From positions 1,088,001-1,152,000 of the forward strand of contig CAVSHR010000004.1 of assembly GCA_963727625.1 (NCBI GenBank): DNA of 64,000 nucleotides, read 5' to 3'. Shown piece after piece: positions 50,794-62,540 of this stretch (positions are counted from its first letter, which is position 1; the number at the start of each line of letters is the position of its first letter). The notes beneath the pieces are model-generated. The model did not search any database, had not been told where the DNA came from, and saw nothing but the letters and a program-made list of their open reading frames with translations. A program made the position numbers and the translations under genes. Source of the stretch: an uncultured delta proteobacterium. GTDB lineage: Bacteria > Desulfobacterota > Binatia > UBA9968.

Positions 50794-53700
50794 CTAGTTG
50801 CCACTCACCCGCGCGGCGTCATTCTTGTTGGCCTCGAACGCCGCCATGAGCGCTTCATCGCCGACCAGCCCTTTGGCTTCGGCCGCCTGCAGCGCTTCGA
50901 GCACGCGGCGGTAATCCCGCGGCATGACCTTGACGAATTTCGGCGCGGTTTCCTGCCACAATGCCAACAACCGCCAAGCGCGCGCACTGCGTGTGTAGAT
51001 CGCGTGACGCTTGAGCATTTCTTCCACCTCCTGCATGTCACGCTGGTCGAGCCGTTCGAGCGCGACGGTCTCGAAGTTGCAGTGGTTCTTGAACGTGCCG
51101 TCCTCGTCCAACACATAGGCGATGCCACCGGACATACCCGCGGCAAAGTTGCGGCCGGTCTTGCCGATGACCACGAGCCGGCCGCCGGTCATATACTCGC
51201 AAGCATGATCGCCTACGCCCTCAATCACCGCGCGCACGCCGCTGTTGCGCACGCAAAAGCGTTCGCCGGCCATACCGCGTATATAGGCCTCGCCGTTGGT
51301 CGCGCCGTAAAACGCCACGTTGCCGACGATGATGTTTTCCTCCGGCACAAAGGTCGATCCTTTGGGCGGATAAAGAATGACTTTCCCGCCCGAGAGCCCC
51401 TTGCCGAAATAATCGTTGGCGTCGCCTTCAAGCTCCAGCGTCATACCCGGCGGGATGAATGCCCCGAAACTTTGCCCCGCCGAGCCTTCGAAATGAAATT
51501 GGATGGTATCTTCGGGCAACCCCTGTGGCCCGAACCGGCGCGTCACTTCGCTGCCGAGAATCGTCCCGACGACGCGATTGGTATTGCGAATGTCGAGGGT
51601 CGCCTTGACCTTTTCCTTGCGCTCCAACGCCGGCGCGGCCAAATCGAGCAGCACCTGATTGTCGAGCGCGTTCTCCAAGCCGTGATTCTGCGCAATCTGG
51701 CAATAACGTCCGACCTCAGACCCAACCTTCGGCTGGTAGAGCATCGCCGAGTAATCCAACCCCTTCGCCTTTAAATGGCTGATGACCCGGCGCATTTCGA
51801 TTTTATCCGAACGCCCGACCATTTCGTTGATGGTGCGAAAGCCGAGCTCGGCCATATGCTCGCGCATCTCCTGTGCGATGAAGCGCATGAAGTTGACCAC
51901 ATGGGCCGGATCACCGGCGAACTTCGCGCGCAATTCGGGATTCTGCGTGGCCACGCCGACCGGACAAGTATCCAAGTGGCACACCCGCATCATGATGCAA
52001 CCCAGCGTCACCAACGCGGTGGTGGCAAAGCCGAACTCTTCGGCGCCGAGCAGTGCCGCAATCACCACGTCGCGCCCGGTCTTGAGCTGGCCGTCGGTTT
52101 CCACCGCGATCCGGCTGCGCAAATTGTTCAACACCAAAGTCTGGTGCGTCTCAGCCAAACCCAATTCCCAAGGCAAGCCGGCGTGCTTGATGCTGGTTTG
52201 CGGCGATGCGCCGGTGCCGCCGTCATGACCGCTGATCAGCACTACGTCGGCATGACCCTTCGCCACGCCTGCGGCGATCGTCCCGACTCCGATCTCGGAA
52301 ACCAGCTTGACGCTGATGCGTGCGTGATGGTTGGCGTTTTTGAGGTCGTGAATCAGCTGCGCCAGATCTTCGATGGAGTAAATATCGTGGTGCGGCGGCG
52401 GCGAGATCAAGCCGACGCCGGGCGTGGAGTGGCGCACCTTGGCGATCCATGGGTAGACCTTGCGGCCGGGTAGCTCCCCGCCCTCGCCCGGTTTAGCGCC
52501 TTGGGCCATCTTGATCTGCAGCTCTTTGGCCTGGGTTAGATAGTAGCTGTTAACGCCGAAGCGGCCCGACGCCACTTGCTTGATTGCGCTGTTTTTCGAA
52601 TCGCCGTTGGGCTCAGGAATGTAGCGCGCCGGATCCTCGCCGCCTTCGCCGGTATTACTCTTGCCGCCGATTCGGTTCATCGCGACCGCGAGCGCTTCAT
52701 GCGCCTCTTTGCTGATCGACCCGTAAGACATGGCACCGGTTTTAAAACGTTTGACGATCGTTGCCACCGGCTCCACCTCCTCGATGGGAATCGGCTGGGC
52801 GGCATATTTCAAACTCATCAGGCCGCGCAACGTCGCCATGCGCTCCGACTGATCGTCGATCAACTGGGTGTACTCTTTAAAGGTTTTATAATCGTTATTC
52901 CGGCAACCCTTCTGCAGCAAATGGATCGTGCGCGGATTAAACAGATGCAGCTCGCCGTCTTTGCGGTACTGGTATTGACCGTAAACATCCAACGTATGAC
53001 CGTTCAGCGGATAGGTCGGGAAGGCGCGGGCATGCTGTTGCTGCACTTCACTCGCGAGCTCTGCCAACCCGATGCCGCCGATCCGTGACGGCGTCCAGGT
53101 GAAATATTTGTCGACTAACTCTTGTCCCAGACCGACCGCCTCAAAAATCTGCGCGCCGCAATAGGACTTGATGGTCGAGATGCCCATCTTGGCCATCACC
53201 TTGACCACCCCCTTGTAGACGGCCCTGTCATAGCCCTTGAGCGCATCGTGGTAGGTGATATTGGGCAACATTCCTTGGTGAATCATGTCGTTCAAGCATT
53301 CGTAGGCGAGGTAAGGATTGATCGCCTGGGCGCCATAGCCGAGCAACAGACAGAAATGATGAACTTCGCGCGGCTCGCCCGATTCGAGCACCAAGCCGAC
53401 CCGCGTCCGCGTCCCGATACGGATCAAATGATGATGCAGCCCCGCGGTCGCGAGCAACGCCGGAATCGCTGCATGGCTCTGGTCGACACCTTTATCGGAG
53501 AGAATCAAGATGGTCTTGCCCTCGGCGATCGCCCTATCAGCCGCCGCAAACAGATCTTCCAAAGCCTGTTCCAATCCCGCTTTTCCATCATTCGGATTAA
53601 AGAGAATGGGCAGTGTTTTGGATTTTATCCCCGGCTCGTCGACTTGGCGCAGCTTTTCCATATCCGAGTTTTTTAGAATCGGATCGGCAAGTCGCAACTG

Positions 53701-55392
53701 GCGGCAACTCTCCGGCTTCGGCTCGACGAGATTGCCTTCGCTGCCGAGTGTCAGGGTCGTTGAAGTGATCAATTCCTCGCGAATCGGATCGATGGGCGGA
53801 TTGGTCACCTGGGCGAATAGCTCCTTGAAATAGTTATAGAGCAGTTGCGGTTTGTCCGATAACACCGCCAAAGGCGTGTCGGTGCCCATGGAGCCGACCG
53901 GTTGAATGCTGTTTTGCGCCATCGGTCCGATGTTTATGCGCAGATCCTCGAAGCTGTAACCGAAGGCTTGCAGCCGCTGCAACGTGGCCTGATGGTTTGC
54001 CGGGGATTCCTTTTCCGACACCTCGGACAGGTCGGCGAAGCGCACCAAGTGCTTTTTCAACCACTTCCCGTAGGGTTTTTCCGCGGCCATTTCCTGCTTA
54101 ATTTCTTCATCGCTGATGATACGCCGTTCGCTGGTGTCGACCAGGAACATCCTGCCGGGTTGCAACCGCCGCTTTTCCAAGACTCGTTCCGGCGGTACCT
54201 CGAGCACGCCCACTTCAGAAGCCATGATGACCAGATCATCCTTGGTCACGTAATAGCGCGAGGGCCTGAGACCGTTTCGGTCGAGCACCGCGCCCACCAC
54301 TGTGCCGTCGGTAAAAGCGATCGAAGCAGGTCCATCCCAGGGCTCCATCAAGCTGCTGTGATATTCGTAAAACGCCCGCTTCTTTTCATCCATGCTCTCG
54401 TGATTTTCCCATGGCTCCGGGATCATCATCATCACCGCGTGCGGCAAGGAGCGGCCGCTCAACGCGAGAAATTCGAGACAGTTATCAAACTTGGCCGAGT
54501 CGCTGCCGTCTTCCTGAATGATCGGAAAAACCTTTTTAAAATCCCCGCCGAAGTGTTCCGACGCGAGCATGCCCTGGCGCGCATACATCCAGTTCTCATT
54601 GCCGCGCAGCGTATTGATCTCGCCGTTGTGAATTAAATAGCGATAGGGATGGGCCCGACCCCAGCTCGGAAACGTGTTGGTGCTGAATCGCGAATGCACC
54701 AGCGCGATGGCGGTCTCGATCAGCGGCTCGCAGAGATCGGGATAAAACGTCGAAACCTGGCGCGCCGTGAGCATGCCTTTGTAGATGAGCGTACGGCAGG
54801 ACAGGCTCGGCACATAAAAGAAGTCGCCGCCGCGCAGACCGGCGTAACGGATTGCGTTTTCGGCACGCCGGCGAATCACATAGAGCTTACGCTCAAAAGT
54901 CAGATCGTCCTCGATGCCGGCGCCGCGGCCGATAAACACCTGGCGCACAAACGGCTCGCATCCCTTCGCGGTCTCGCCCAGGTACATGTTATCGGTCGGA
55001 ACCTTGCGCCATCCCAGGCAGGTTTGCCCCTCCTCGACAATGATCTTTTCGATAATTTTTTCAAAGCGGCGGCGCTGCTCCCGATGATCCGGAAAAAAAA
55101 TCATACCGACGCCGTATTCGCCCGGGTCGGGCAACTGAAAGCCAAGTCCTTCGCAGGCGTCTTTGAGAAACGCGTGCGGGATTTGCATCAGGATGCCGGC
55201 GCCGTCGCCGGTATTCTCTTCGCAGCCGCACGCTCCCCGGTGATCTAAATTTTCCAAAACCGTCAGAGCTTGCTCGACGATCTCGTGGGATTTCTCGCCT
55301 TTGATGTTGACGACAAACCCAACGCCGCAGGCGTCGTGTTCGAACCGTGGATCGTAAAGGCCTTGTTTCGGTGGCGGTCCAGCCTGACTCAT
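50794..55392 (-). CDS. gltB: Glutamate synthase large subunit
   Basis: Motifs [36 protein letters not shown] and [15 protein letters not shown]. Confidence 0.98.
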   Translation of the reverse strand: MSQAGPPPKQGLYDPRFEHDACGVGFVVNIKGEKSHEIVEQALTVLENLDHRGACGCEENTGDGAGILMQIPHAFLKDACEGLGFQLPDPGEYGVGMIFFPDHREQRRRFEKIIEKIIVEEGQTCLGWRKVPTDNMYLGETAKGCEPFVRQVFIGRGAGIEDDLTFERKLYVIRRRAENAIRYAGLRGGDFFYVPSLSCRTLIYKGMLTARQVSTFYPDLCEPLIETAIALVHSRFSTNTFPSWGRAHPYRYLIHNGEINTLRGNENWMYARQGMLASEHFGGDFKKVFPIIQEDGSDSAKFDNCLEFLALSGRSLPHAVMMMIPEPWENHESMDEKKRAFYEYHSSLMEPWDGPASIAFTDGTVVGAVLDRNGLRPSRYYVTKDDLVIMASEVGVLEVPPERVLEKRRLQPGRMFLVDTSERRIISDEEIKQEMAAEKPYGKWLKKHLVRFADLSEVSEKESPANHQATLQRLQAFGYSFEDLRINIGPMAQNSIQPVGSMGTDTPLAVLSDKPQLLYNYFKELFAQVTNPPIDPIREELITSTTLTLGSEGNLVEPKPESCRQLRLADPILKNSDMEKLRQVDEPGIKSKTLPILFNPNDGKAGLEQALEDLFAAADRAIAEGKTILILSDKGVDQSHAAIPALLATAGLHHHLIRIGTRTRVGLVLESGEPREVHHFCLLLGYGAQAINPYLAYECLNDMIHQGMLPNITYHDALKGYDRAVYKGVVKVMAKMGISTIKSYCGAQIFEAVGLGQELVDKYFTWTPSRIGGIGLAELASEVQQQHARAFPTYPLNGHTLDVYGQYQYRKDGELHLFNPRTIHLLQKGCRNNDYKTFKEYTQLIDDQSERMATLRGLMSLKYAAQPIPIEEVEPVATIVKRFKTGAMSYGSISKEAHEALAVAMNRIGGKSNTGEGGEDPARYIPEPNGDSKNSAIKQVASGRFGVNSYYLTQAKELQIKMAQGAKPGEGGELPGRKVYPWIAKVRHSTPGVGLISPPPHHDIYSIEDLAQLIHDLKNANHHARISVKLVSEIGVGTIAAGVAKGHADVVLISGHDGGTGASPQTSIKHAGLPWELGLAETHQTLVLNNLRSRIAVETDGQLKTGRDVVIAALLGAEEFGFATTALVTLGCIMMRVCHLDTCPVGVATQNPELRAKFAGDPAHVVNFMRFIAQEMREHMAELGFRTINEMVGRSDKIEMRRVISHLKAKGLDYSAMLYQPKVGSEVGRYCQIAQNHGLENALDNQVLLDLAAPALERKEKVKATLDIRNTNRVVGTILGSEVTRRFGPQGLPEDTIQFHFEGSAGQSFGAFIPPGMTLELEGDANDYFGKGLSGGKVILYPPKGSTFVPEENIIVGNVAFYGATNGEAYIRGMAGERFCVRNSGVRAVIEGVGDHACEYMTGGRLVVIGKTGRNFAAGMSGGIAYVLDEDGTFKNHCNFETVALERLDQRDMQEVEEMLKRHAIYTRSARAWRLLALWQETAPKFVKVMPRDYRRVLEALQAAEAKGLVGDEALMAAFEANKNDAARVSGN

Positions 55393-55496
55393 AGCATTAC
55401 CCTTCATTGATCATTTTTCCGTCGCTGGAAGTGGGGCGGCGGCGCGCGGCAAACGAGATCATAAACAGTCGTGCGCGCTGTCGCAACAACACAATG

Positions 55497-55982
55497 TTAT
55501 TTCTTCTTTATATGCGGAACCTCCGCTAAACCGGCGTCGAGCTCAAGCGCCTGCCCTTCTTTCGCCGTCGACAAGACCACTTTGGTAACGCTTCGGGTCA
55601 CACCTTCAACCGAACGAATTTCACCGAGCAGTCTTTCCAGCGCGCCGGTGTTCGCCGCCTTCACCTTTAAAATAAAACTTTCATCGCCGGTAACATGGTG
55701 GCACTCCAACACGTCCGGGTATCGCGCCATCTGGTTGGCGAACCGATCCATGTCCCGTTGATTGCCGATCGAAACGCCAATGAACGCCGTAATGTCCTTG
55801 CCGACCTTTTTGCTATCAATGAGCGCTTGGTATCCGCGGATCACTCCGCTGGCTTCAAGCTTCTTTACCCGTTCCATGACCGCGGGCGTGGACAAATCGA
55901 CCTCCGCGGCGATATCGGCGAGGCGCCGCCTACCGTCAAACTGGAGAATATAAAGTATTTTTAAATCGATTTGGTCTAACAA
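55497..55982 (-). CDS. Lrp/AsnC-family regulator upstream of gltBD (start uncertain)
   Basis: LDQIDLKIL...RVKKLEASGVIRGY and ECHHVTG. Confidence 0.9.
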   Translation of the reverse strand: MLDQIDLKILYILQFDGRRRLADIAAEVDLSTPAVMERVKKLEASGVIRGYQALIDSKKVGKDITAFIGVSIGNQRDMDRFANQMARYPDVLECHHVTGDESFILKVKAANTGALERLLGEIRSVEGVTRSVTKVVLSTAKEGQALELDAGLAEVPHIKKK

Positions 55983-56469
55983 GCTAACAAATTTAGGCTT
56001 AGGGCCAATTAAACTTAACGATTTTATGTCATCGAGCATTTTGAATGTCAAGCCTAATGGTCAAAACTTCGCGATTTTCTGCGGCTTAGAGATTCATTTT
56101 CTAGGCTGGCTCCATTCCTCCTCATCCCTCCGACGTACCCCCAAGGGAGGGCTTAGCCGGGTACAAGCCCCTCAACACTCTTATTGGCGCGGAACGATGG
56201 CAAGAGAACAGATAGAGAACCGACACGGCTTCGAGAGCCCGTAAAATTTATACAGCGTAATGCTTCTCCAATGACGGGCGCATTGCGGCCGTCACTAGAT
56301 CGATGCAAAAAAGGCTAAGTTGATGAACCAGCGACGCTCTGCGTTTGTTAATCAGCAGGGCAATGGCGACACCGGCGCGGGGACGCAAAAAAATAGGCGC
56401 AGCGCAAGACCGTCTCTGCGCCGCGCCTATGCGAGATGAGCGAGAACTGATGCCGGCGACTGGTGGTCG

Positions 56470-57135
56470 TTAAATCAGCGGCATCTCTGGAAACGGATCG
56501 TGGTCCGAACTGAGGCTCTGCATGATCCATGCACAACGGACGCCGAGACTCGGGTGAAGAGCGATCAACTTCTCTAACAAGAGCCGGGCGCGATTATCGA
56601 CACTGTCTGCCTTCATCGCTTCCACAAAAGCCCATGCCGCGGCGGCGAGGTCATTCTGGCCATGCAGGCTCACGCCTAAATTGCGGTAGCCGCTGGCGCG
56701 CGTCCAATCGATTTCGATCGCCATGCGAGACTCGACCTCGCCCTCGGCAAAACGGCCGAGCGAGTTGAGACAGTAGCCGACGTTGTTATGGAGCACGTAA
56801 ACAACCTTGCGCCGTTTCGGGCCAAGCTCGAGAGCCGAGGTGAAATACGTGAGGGCGGCTTCGTGGCGCCGTTCGTCAGTGGCAATTTGCCCTAGGGCCA
56901 AAAAACAGTGGGCCGATTGCTCAATGTCCGTACTGGATTTAATGAATCCTTCGAGCAATTCCGTCGCCGCGTCGATCTTACCGATGCCCCGATAAAAACC
57001 GACCACGAAGAGCATCCAGCGAAAATAATCCTCGCTGCTGCTGCTATTTTTCAAGCGCGCCAGCAATAGCTTTTCGGTATCGGGAGGTTCTTTGTCCAAT
57101 TCCAGAGCGGTAAGTCTTTTATCTGTCGTGCTCAT
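56470..57135 (-). CDS. TPR protein
   Basis: Tandem TPR helices (ALGQI, NNVGYCL, YRNLGVSL). Confidence 0.8.
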   Translation of the reverse strand: MSTTDKRLTALELDKEPPDTEKLLLARLKNSSSSEDYFRWMLFVVGFYRGIGKIDAATELLEGFIKSSTDIEQSAHCFLALGQIATDERRHEAALTYFTSALELGPKRRKVVYVLHNNVGYCLNSLGRFAEGEVESRMAIEIDWTRASGYRNLGVSLHGQNDLAAAAWAFVEAMKADSVDNRARLLLEKLIALHPSLGVRCAWIMQSLSSDHDPFPEMPLI

Positions 57136-57151
57136 ATGGGGAGGTTAGCAG

Positions 57152-57167
57152 AGCAAGCCCGATACCA
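57152..57167 (-). promoter_or_regulatory. Sigma-54 promoter
   Basis: TGGTAT-CGGGC-TTGCT, 16 nt upstream of the ATG. Confidence 0.6.
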
Positions 57168-57913
57168 TGTTAAAATTAACCCAGGAAATCCCAAGAATCA
57201 CAACACCCGTCCAAAGGACTCCATCCCTACCAACGGTCGAATTAGAGAACTCCATTGAGCGTGAGGAAAACAAGGCGAGGGAGCCCGACGCTAATTGAGA
57301 GATTATCTGCGAAATTGGCTGAGGACAGCTCTTCGCGCTTGAACAACCGGGCGTGAGCAGGTTCGGGTATTCATTCTAAGAAGAAGAACTGTAAGCAACC
57401 TTGACAGAATGATTCTGACATCATGCTCGTTCCAATGGCCAAACGAGTCCGTAGCCAGACAGCCCGCAAACACAAGCCGGAGCACCAATGAACTAGAAAA
57501 ATAATTGGTGGAGGCGGAGTCACAGTGCAAAGAACCGCTCTTCCAGGTTTCTTTCATATTGACCTGACATGGTCCACTCACTTTTAGACGTCTTATTATT
57601 GCGAGAGAAGAACAATTAGTCCTGCATTACAGCGTGAACTGAGCTCGGAGTAGTCTGCTGCGCTCGCGCCGCTCGCGAGCCGAGCCGTGATTTGAGCCTC
57701 GAATGCAGTGCTGAAATCTCTGCCGCTAATTGGCGCAGGCCCTCATTGCATAACCAACCCTCGGTCGTCGGTCGATCTGACCTTGACGCAGGCAACTGCC
57801 TCCGTAACGGCCAATCGCCGAATCGCCGTCGGTGATGAGGAATACCGGTGAGATTATTTTTCATTGTCGCGCTTATTTGGATCACGGTCGAATCCCCCCT
57901 TTGCGCCAACCAA

Positions 57914-58984
57914 CTACTGCGCCGTCAATGCATAGATGATCGGGAAATCGAGAGGCAGGCGTTGCCAGTTATCACCACGATCGCTGCTATGAAATAGCTC
58001 GCCCTGGCTGAGCTTGATATAACGCGCGCCTTCACCACCGGTGGCGACAAAAACATGATCCGGTGATTCCGGATCGAAATCGATGCATTCGATCATGCTT
58101 TGACAGGGAGTAGGAAATCCGCCGGCAAGCTGCTGCCAAGTTGCTCCGCCATCGGCGCTGCGCATGAGCGCGCCGTTTGCTTTCGTCGGACGCTCCAGCC
58201 AGAAGGGCGGCGGCTCTTCGGCCACGCCGAGAAACAGCATCCGGGAATTCTCCGGATGGACTCGGACCGGGACGGAATAAGTCCGCGGCAATGAATCCGT
58301 GAGCGACTCCCAAGACTTGCCGCCATCCTGGGAACGGTACAGCGGGCGGCCCTTTGGCGGCGGTGTCGGATCGGGAAAATTTTCTCCGCCTCCCGTGGCG
58401 GCATAAAGCACGGCTCCGTTTCTCGGATCGAAGGTGACGGAATGAACATCCATGTCGATGGGATAGCGCACGTCGCTCCAGGACTCGCCGCCATCGTTGC
58501 TGAGCAAAAGCCCGCCAACCTGCGCAGCCAGGCAAAGCTTTTTGGAATCCTTCGGATGAATAGCGATGCCGCGAATATGCGGCTGAATCACCGGGACAGG
58601 ATAGGTCCAGCGTCTGTCATCGGCCAATTGTCTGACACCGGATAATTCTCGCCAATTCTTTCCGCCATCTTCGCTTTTCCACAGAGCCGGGGGCTCGGTG
58701 CCGACGTAAACTCTCTCGGAATTCGAGGGATCGAGGGCCAAAGCGCGAACTTTATCGGAAAACACTTTTTCACCGAGCCGACGCCAGTTCTCACCGGCGT
58801 CGTCGCTGCGAAACAGTCCGCCGCCGCGAATCCCCGCATAGACAATCTCGCGCTTATCGGGGCACAAGCCGAGGACACTGACTTCCATGCCCGGTAAATG
58901 CTTCGACGCCACTTGCCAACCACCGACCGACGTCCGGGTGACTTTGAACACGCCGTCTAGCGTGCCGACGAAAATCGCTTTCAT
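57914..58984 (-). CDS. BNR/Asp-box beta-propeller protein
   Basis: Six SxDxGxxW Asp-box repeats; no signal peptide. Confidence 0.85.
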   Translation of the reverse strand: MKAIFVGTLDGVFKVTRTSVGGWQVASKHLPGMEVSVLGLCPDKREIVYAGIRGGGLFRSDDAGENWRRLGEKVFSDKVRALALDPSNSERVYVGTEPPALWKSEDGGKNWRELSGVRQLADDRRWTYPVPVIQPHIRGIAIHPKDSKKLCLAAQVGGLLLSNDGGESWSDVRYPIDMDVHSVTFDPRNGAVLYAATGGGENFPDPTPPPKGRPLYRSQDGGKSWESLTDSLPRTYSVPVRVHPENSRMLFLGVAEEPPPFWLERPTKANGALMRSADGGATWQQLAGGFPTPCQSMIECIDFDPESPDHVFVATGGEGARYIKLSQGELFHSSDRGDNWQRLPLDFPIIYALTAQ

Positions 58985-59003
58985 AGTTTGCCTCCGGCTT
59001 ATT

Positions 59004-59720
59004 TCATTTCCTGCCCGCGGCGATGGCCCGCTCGGCGATATCATCATAGATGAAGCGGAACACATTGATGCTCTCGCGCACGATTTCCAACACCCTGCGC
59101 TCTTCATCCTCGGTCTTGGTGTATTTCACGATAATTCTCACAGTCTCGTCGGCGTGGCCACCTTCTCCAGGATCTGCCGCATCCGCGGCTTCCCAATGAA
59201 CGAGATATTTCGAATTCAAACCCAAAGGCTGCCATTTTCTCCGCGCGTTGAGCGGAATCTCGCCATAGAGCGCCGCCAATTCTCCATGATTGGTCAGCTC
59301 CAGCGAACCCACCGCGGCAAATCCTTCCAGCCACGGGCGCGTGCGGCTGATGTTGTCCCAGTATTGAATACCCATGCGCATGGGAATGCTCGGCGCATGA
59401 TTGAGCACCTCGTCGCGAGTCATACCGAGGCCCTCGCCGAAAGTCACCATGCTGCCGTGGTGGGTATCGTGAATCGTGGGATCATCGACCTCCTCGACGT
59501 ACATATTGCCGATCATGTAGGCCCGTGGTTCGAGCTCCGGGCAATTGCCGATGACGTTGCCGAACCAGCGCGGAAAGTGAGCGGCGAAGCAAGTATGTTC
59601 GCCGGCAAAAATTCTCGCCCCCGCGATCGTCAAATGACGGTTCACAAATTTAACGATCTTGGGCTTTTGCTCCCACCAGGATTCGGCCACTGCTTTCAGA
59701 ATATCCTCTTTCGCAATCAT
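59004..59720 (-). CDS. Heme-oxygenase-like diiron protein (PqqC/CADD/TenA superfamily)
   Basis: HFPRW-GNCP, NMYVEE...H, E and D...H ligand pattern. Confidence 0.75.
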   Translation of the reverse strand: MIAKEDILKAVAESWWEQKPKIVKFVNRHLTIAGARIFAGEHTCFAAHFPRWFGNVIGNCPELEPRAYMIGNMYVEEVDDPTIHDTHHGSMVTFGEGLGMTRDEVLNHAPSIPMRMGIQYWDNISRTRPWLEGFAAVGSLELTNHGELAALYGEIPLNARRKWQPLGLNSKYLVHWEAADAADPGEGGHADETVRIIVKYTKTEDEERRVLEIVRESINVFRFIYDDIAERAIAAGRK

Positions 59721-59750
59721 CGATTCGGTCCTTTCTTGGCAGAATGAGCT

Positions 59751-61211
59751 TCACGAAAACAGATGCGCCCATTGCTTCAACACCGTTTGTTTATACTCAG
59801 GGCTCACGCTGCTCACGGCAGGAAAATCGTCTTTACGCGCGTACGGCCTGCACGCGTCGATTATGATGCAAGAACTCACCATCTTGTTGGCGGCGCGTTG
59901 CTCGGGGGTCAGAGTTGGATTGAGGTCGCTTGCCGGCACCTCAAAAATCTCCGATTGCTGCTTGGGATCCCAGCGCGAAGCCACCGCCCACAAAACTTCG
60001 TTGATATTGGTGATGTCGATATCGTCGTCGACGACGATGACCATGCGAGTGTCGCGCCCGCCGTCCCGTGTCGCCAGCACTCCATGTCCCGCCTGTCGCG
60101 CGTGCCCCGGATAACGCTGGCGAACGGCCACGGCGACGACAAATCTTCCCTGCCGCGGAAACCACACTCCTCTGATCTCCGGGATGCCCGCTCGCTCCAT
60201 GGACGACCAGATATTCGCCGCGCGAATATACATATAAATGTCGGTGTTCAGGTAAGTCTTGAGCGGCGGATCGCCCGTAATGATCGGATCGTTGCGATGA
60301 TAGATCGTCGAAATTCTGACCACCGGCCTTGCGACGGTGCCGGAAGCATAGTAGCCCGGCCATTCACCGAAAGGGCCTTCCGGATATGAAAGCTTCTCGG
60401 GCGGCGGCGCGAAACCTTCGAAGACCAATTCGGCACCCGCGGGCATGGGTAAGCCTGTCTGCTTGCCTTTCGCAATGGCTATCGGAGCGCCGAGCAGCCC
60501 GCCCAGGAAATCGTATTCGCTCATCCCCCAGGGTATGCCTACGGCACTGGCAAGGATCATCGATGGGGGCAGGCCGCAAACAATTAAAAACGGGCAATCC
60601 TCGCCCCGACTCCAATATTTTTGCGCGATTAGGTTGCCGTGCTTTCCTGGAATGATCCACAGGCCTAGTGTCTTCTCATCGTGCACCTGCACCCGATACG
60701 TTCCGACGTTGATATAGCCGCCGTCCGGATCCCTCGCGATCACAGCATCGAAAGTGCCGACGTAACGGCCGCCGTCTTTCTCGTGCCAGTGCGGCGCCGG
60801 AAAGTCGAGAACGTCGAGATCGTTTCCTTCGATGTAGTTCTGGAGCACCGGCGCGTTTGCTGTTTCAACCGGCGGCATCGGTTTTAATGCCGCCAATTTG
60901 CCTTTGACCGCCTCGACCAATGCAGTGCCGCGCAAGTTTGGCGCCATACCCAACGCGAGCGACTGGCGCAACGGTGAAAATAACACGTTGCTTAGAACCC
61001 GCTTTCCTTTGGCGTATCCGGCAATGGCGTCGAACAGCAACGCCGGAGTCGGCGTTCTCTCCGCGAACAATTCCGTCAATGCGCCGATTTCCAGATTCCA
61101 GTGAGCGCCGGAGATTTCTTGGAGCTCGCCCGCTTCTTTGACACGCGTCAAAAATGCTCGAAGATCCAAGCCGGCAGGTAAAGGCAATGATTCCGCCCGA
61201 ACGGAGCTCAC
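59751..61211 (-). CDS. UbiD-family (de)carboxylase
   Basis: Motifs DGGRY, NVGTYR, EGPFGEW and VVDDDID. Confidence 0.92.
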   Translation of the reverse strand: MSSVRAESLPLPAGLDLRAFLTRVKEAGELQEISGAHWNLEIGALTELFAERTPTPALLFDAIAGYAKGKRVLSNVLFSPLRQSLALGMAPNLRGTALVEAVKGKLAALKPMPPVETANAPVLQNYIEGNDLDVLDFPAPHWHEKDGGRYVGTFDAVIARDPDGGYINVGTYRVQVHDEKTLGLWIIPGKHGNLIAQKYWSRGEDCPFLIVCGLPPSMILASAVGIPWGMSEYDFLGGLLGAPIAIAKGKQTGLPMPAGAELVFEGFAPPPEKLSYPEGPFGEWPGYYASGTVARPVVRISTIYHRNDPIITGDPPLKTYLNTDIYMYIRAANIWSSMERAGIPEIRGVWFPRQGRFVVAVAVRQRYPGHARQAGHGVLATRDGGRDTRMVIVVDDDIDITNINEVLWAVASRWDPKQQSEIFEVPASDLNPTLTPEQRAANKMVSSCIIIDACRPYARKDDFPAVSSVSPEYKQTVLKQWAHLFS

Positions 61212-61361
61212 CGTTTACTTTCTCCCTATCGGACGACCCTCAAACAAGAGCTGGGAATAAACATATCCGCGCCCGATTTCTGCCATTGGAATTTGTCCCT
61301 TTTTTGCACTTCATGCAGCATGCCGGAACCTGTAGATGACATTGCAAATAATCTACGGAGC

Positions 61362-62444
61362 CTAGATGCCCACTGCGCCTGGCCCGTAAAACCGGCGCGC
61401 ATTACCGCCAAGCACCGCTTCCTTATCGTGATGGTTTAAATCCTCTCGTTTGAGCAATTCGTCGATCTCCCTACGGCATTTTTGCGCGTCGAAAACCTCA
61501 TGAGGGAAATCACTGCCGAAGATAAAGGCTTCCCGCCCCGCCTTTTTCACGGCAAAGCCCAAGCCGTCGTCATCAACATCGAAGCCGACGAATAATCGCC
61601 CTTCGTGAATTTGTCGCTTCAGATGATCGCTCGCTTTTTCCCCGTCATTTGGCCCGCCAACGGGCTGGCCATGGGAATCGACCTGCAGGTGACCTGGATG
61701 ATAGGAACGGTCGAGCCGGTCGAGAAAGAACGGCACCCAGGTCGAGCCTCCTTCGAGGAATGCGACGCGGAGCTTGGGGAATTTTTCGAAGATGCCATGG
61801 GCTAACATGCCGGCGGCTTGAATGGCGATGCCAAAAGGGTGGCCAAGGGCATGAACCGGATAGTAGGTGCTGAACCCATCCATGCCAAGATGATGTAGCG
61901 ACCCCACATGCACCGCCAGCGAACAGCCGAGCTTCTCCGCTTCTTCATAGATAGGCCAGTACAGTTTAGCGCCCAAATGATCCTTGATGCCCTCGCCGTT
62001 GGACGGCAACATCCCGCCCGCCATTCCGAGCTCTGCGACTGCCCGTCTGAGCTCCGCCACGGCGGCCTCGACGTCCTGTATCGGAATCAAAGCCATCCCT
62101 TTCAGCCGAGAGTTCTTGTTGATGAATTTTTCATGCAGCCAGTTATTATAGGCTTTGCAAGCCGCGATCGCCCAATCAATGGAAACAAACCGCCCCACCG
62201 CAAGGCCAAAAGTCGGATAGAGTACGCTCCACGAGATTCCGGTCTCGTCAAGAAAGCGAATCCACTCCTCCGGTCCCGGGTTTTCCAAACCGGAGCGGTT
62301 TCCTTCCGGGCGCAGATAGTGAAAGTGCAGATGGTCGAGGACTGGAAAGATCTGTGACGAACGGTTGCCGGCCGGCATATATCTGGCAATCTCCTCCTGT
62401 CCAGCCGCGTCATTGACATGGCCATCGGCGTCGATGATTTCCAT
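61362..62444 (-). CDS. Amidohydrolase_2 family protein
   Basis: Motifs IIDADGH, VLYPT and FGSDFPH. Confidence 0.88.
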   Translation of the reverse strand: MEIIDADGHVNDAAGQEEIARYMPAGNRSSQIFPVLDHLHFHYLRPEGNRSGLENPGPEEWIRFLDETGISWSVLYPTFGLAVGRFVSIDWAIAACKAYNNWLHEKFINKNSRLKGMALIPIQDVEAAVAELRRAVAELGMAGGMLPSNGEGIKDHLGAKLYWPIYEEAEKLGCSLAVHVGSLHHLGMDGFSTYYPVHALGHPFGIAIQAAGMLAHGIFEKFPKLRVAFLEGGSTWVPFFLDRLDRSYHPGHLQVDSHGQPVGGPNDGEKASDHLKRQIHEGRLFVGFDVDDDGLGFAVKKAGREAFIFGSDFPHEVFDAQKCRREIDELLKREDLNHHDKEAVLGGNARRFYGPGAVGI

Positions 62445-62540
62445 GAAACGTTTTCCTTTCTAAATAAAGTCACCCGCAGTCGCGGCGCCGGCTAATCAAT
62501 GACACGCTTTGGAGGCAGAATTCCCATTTGCCCGTCACGG

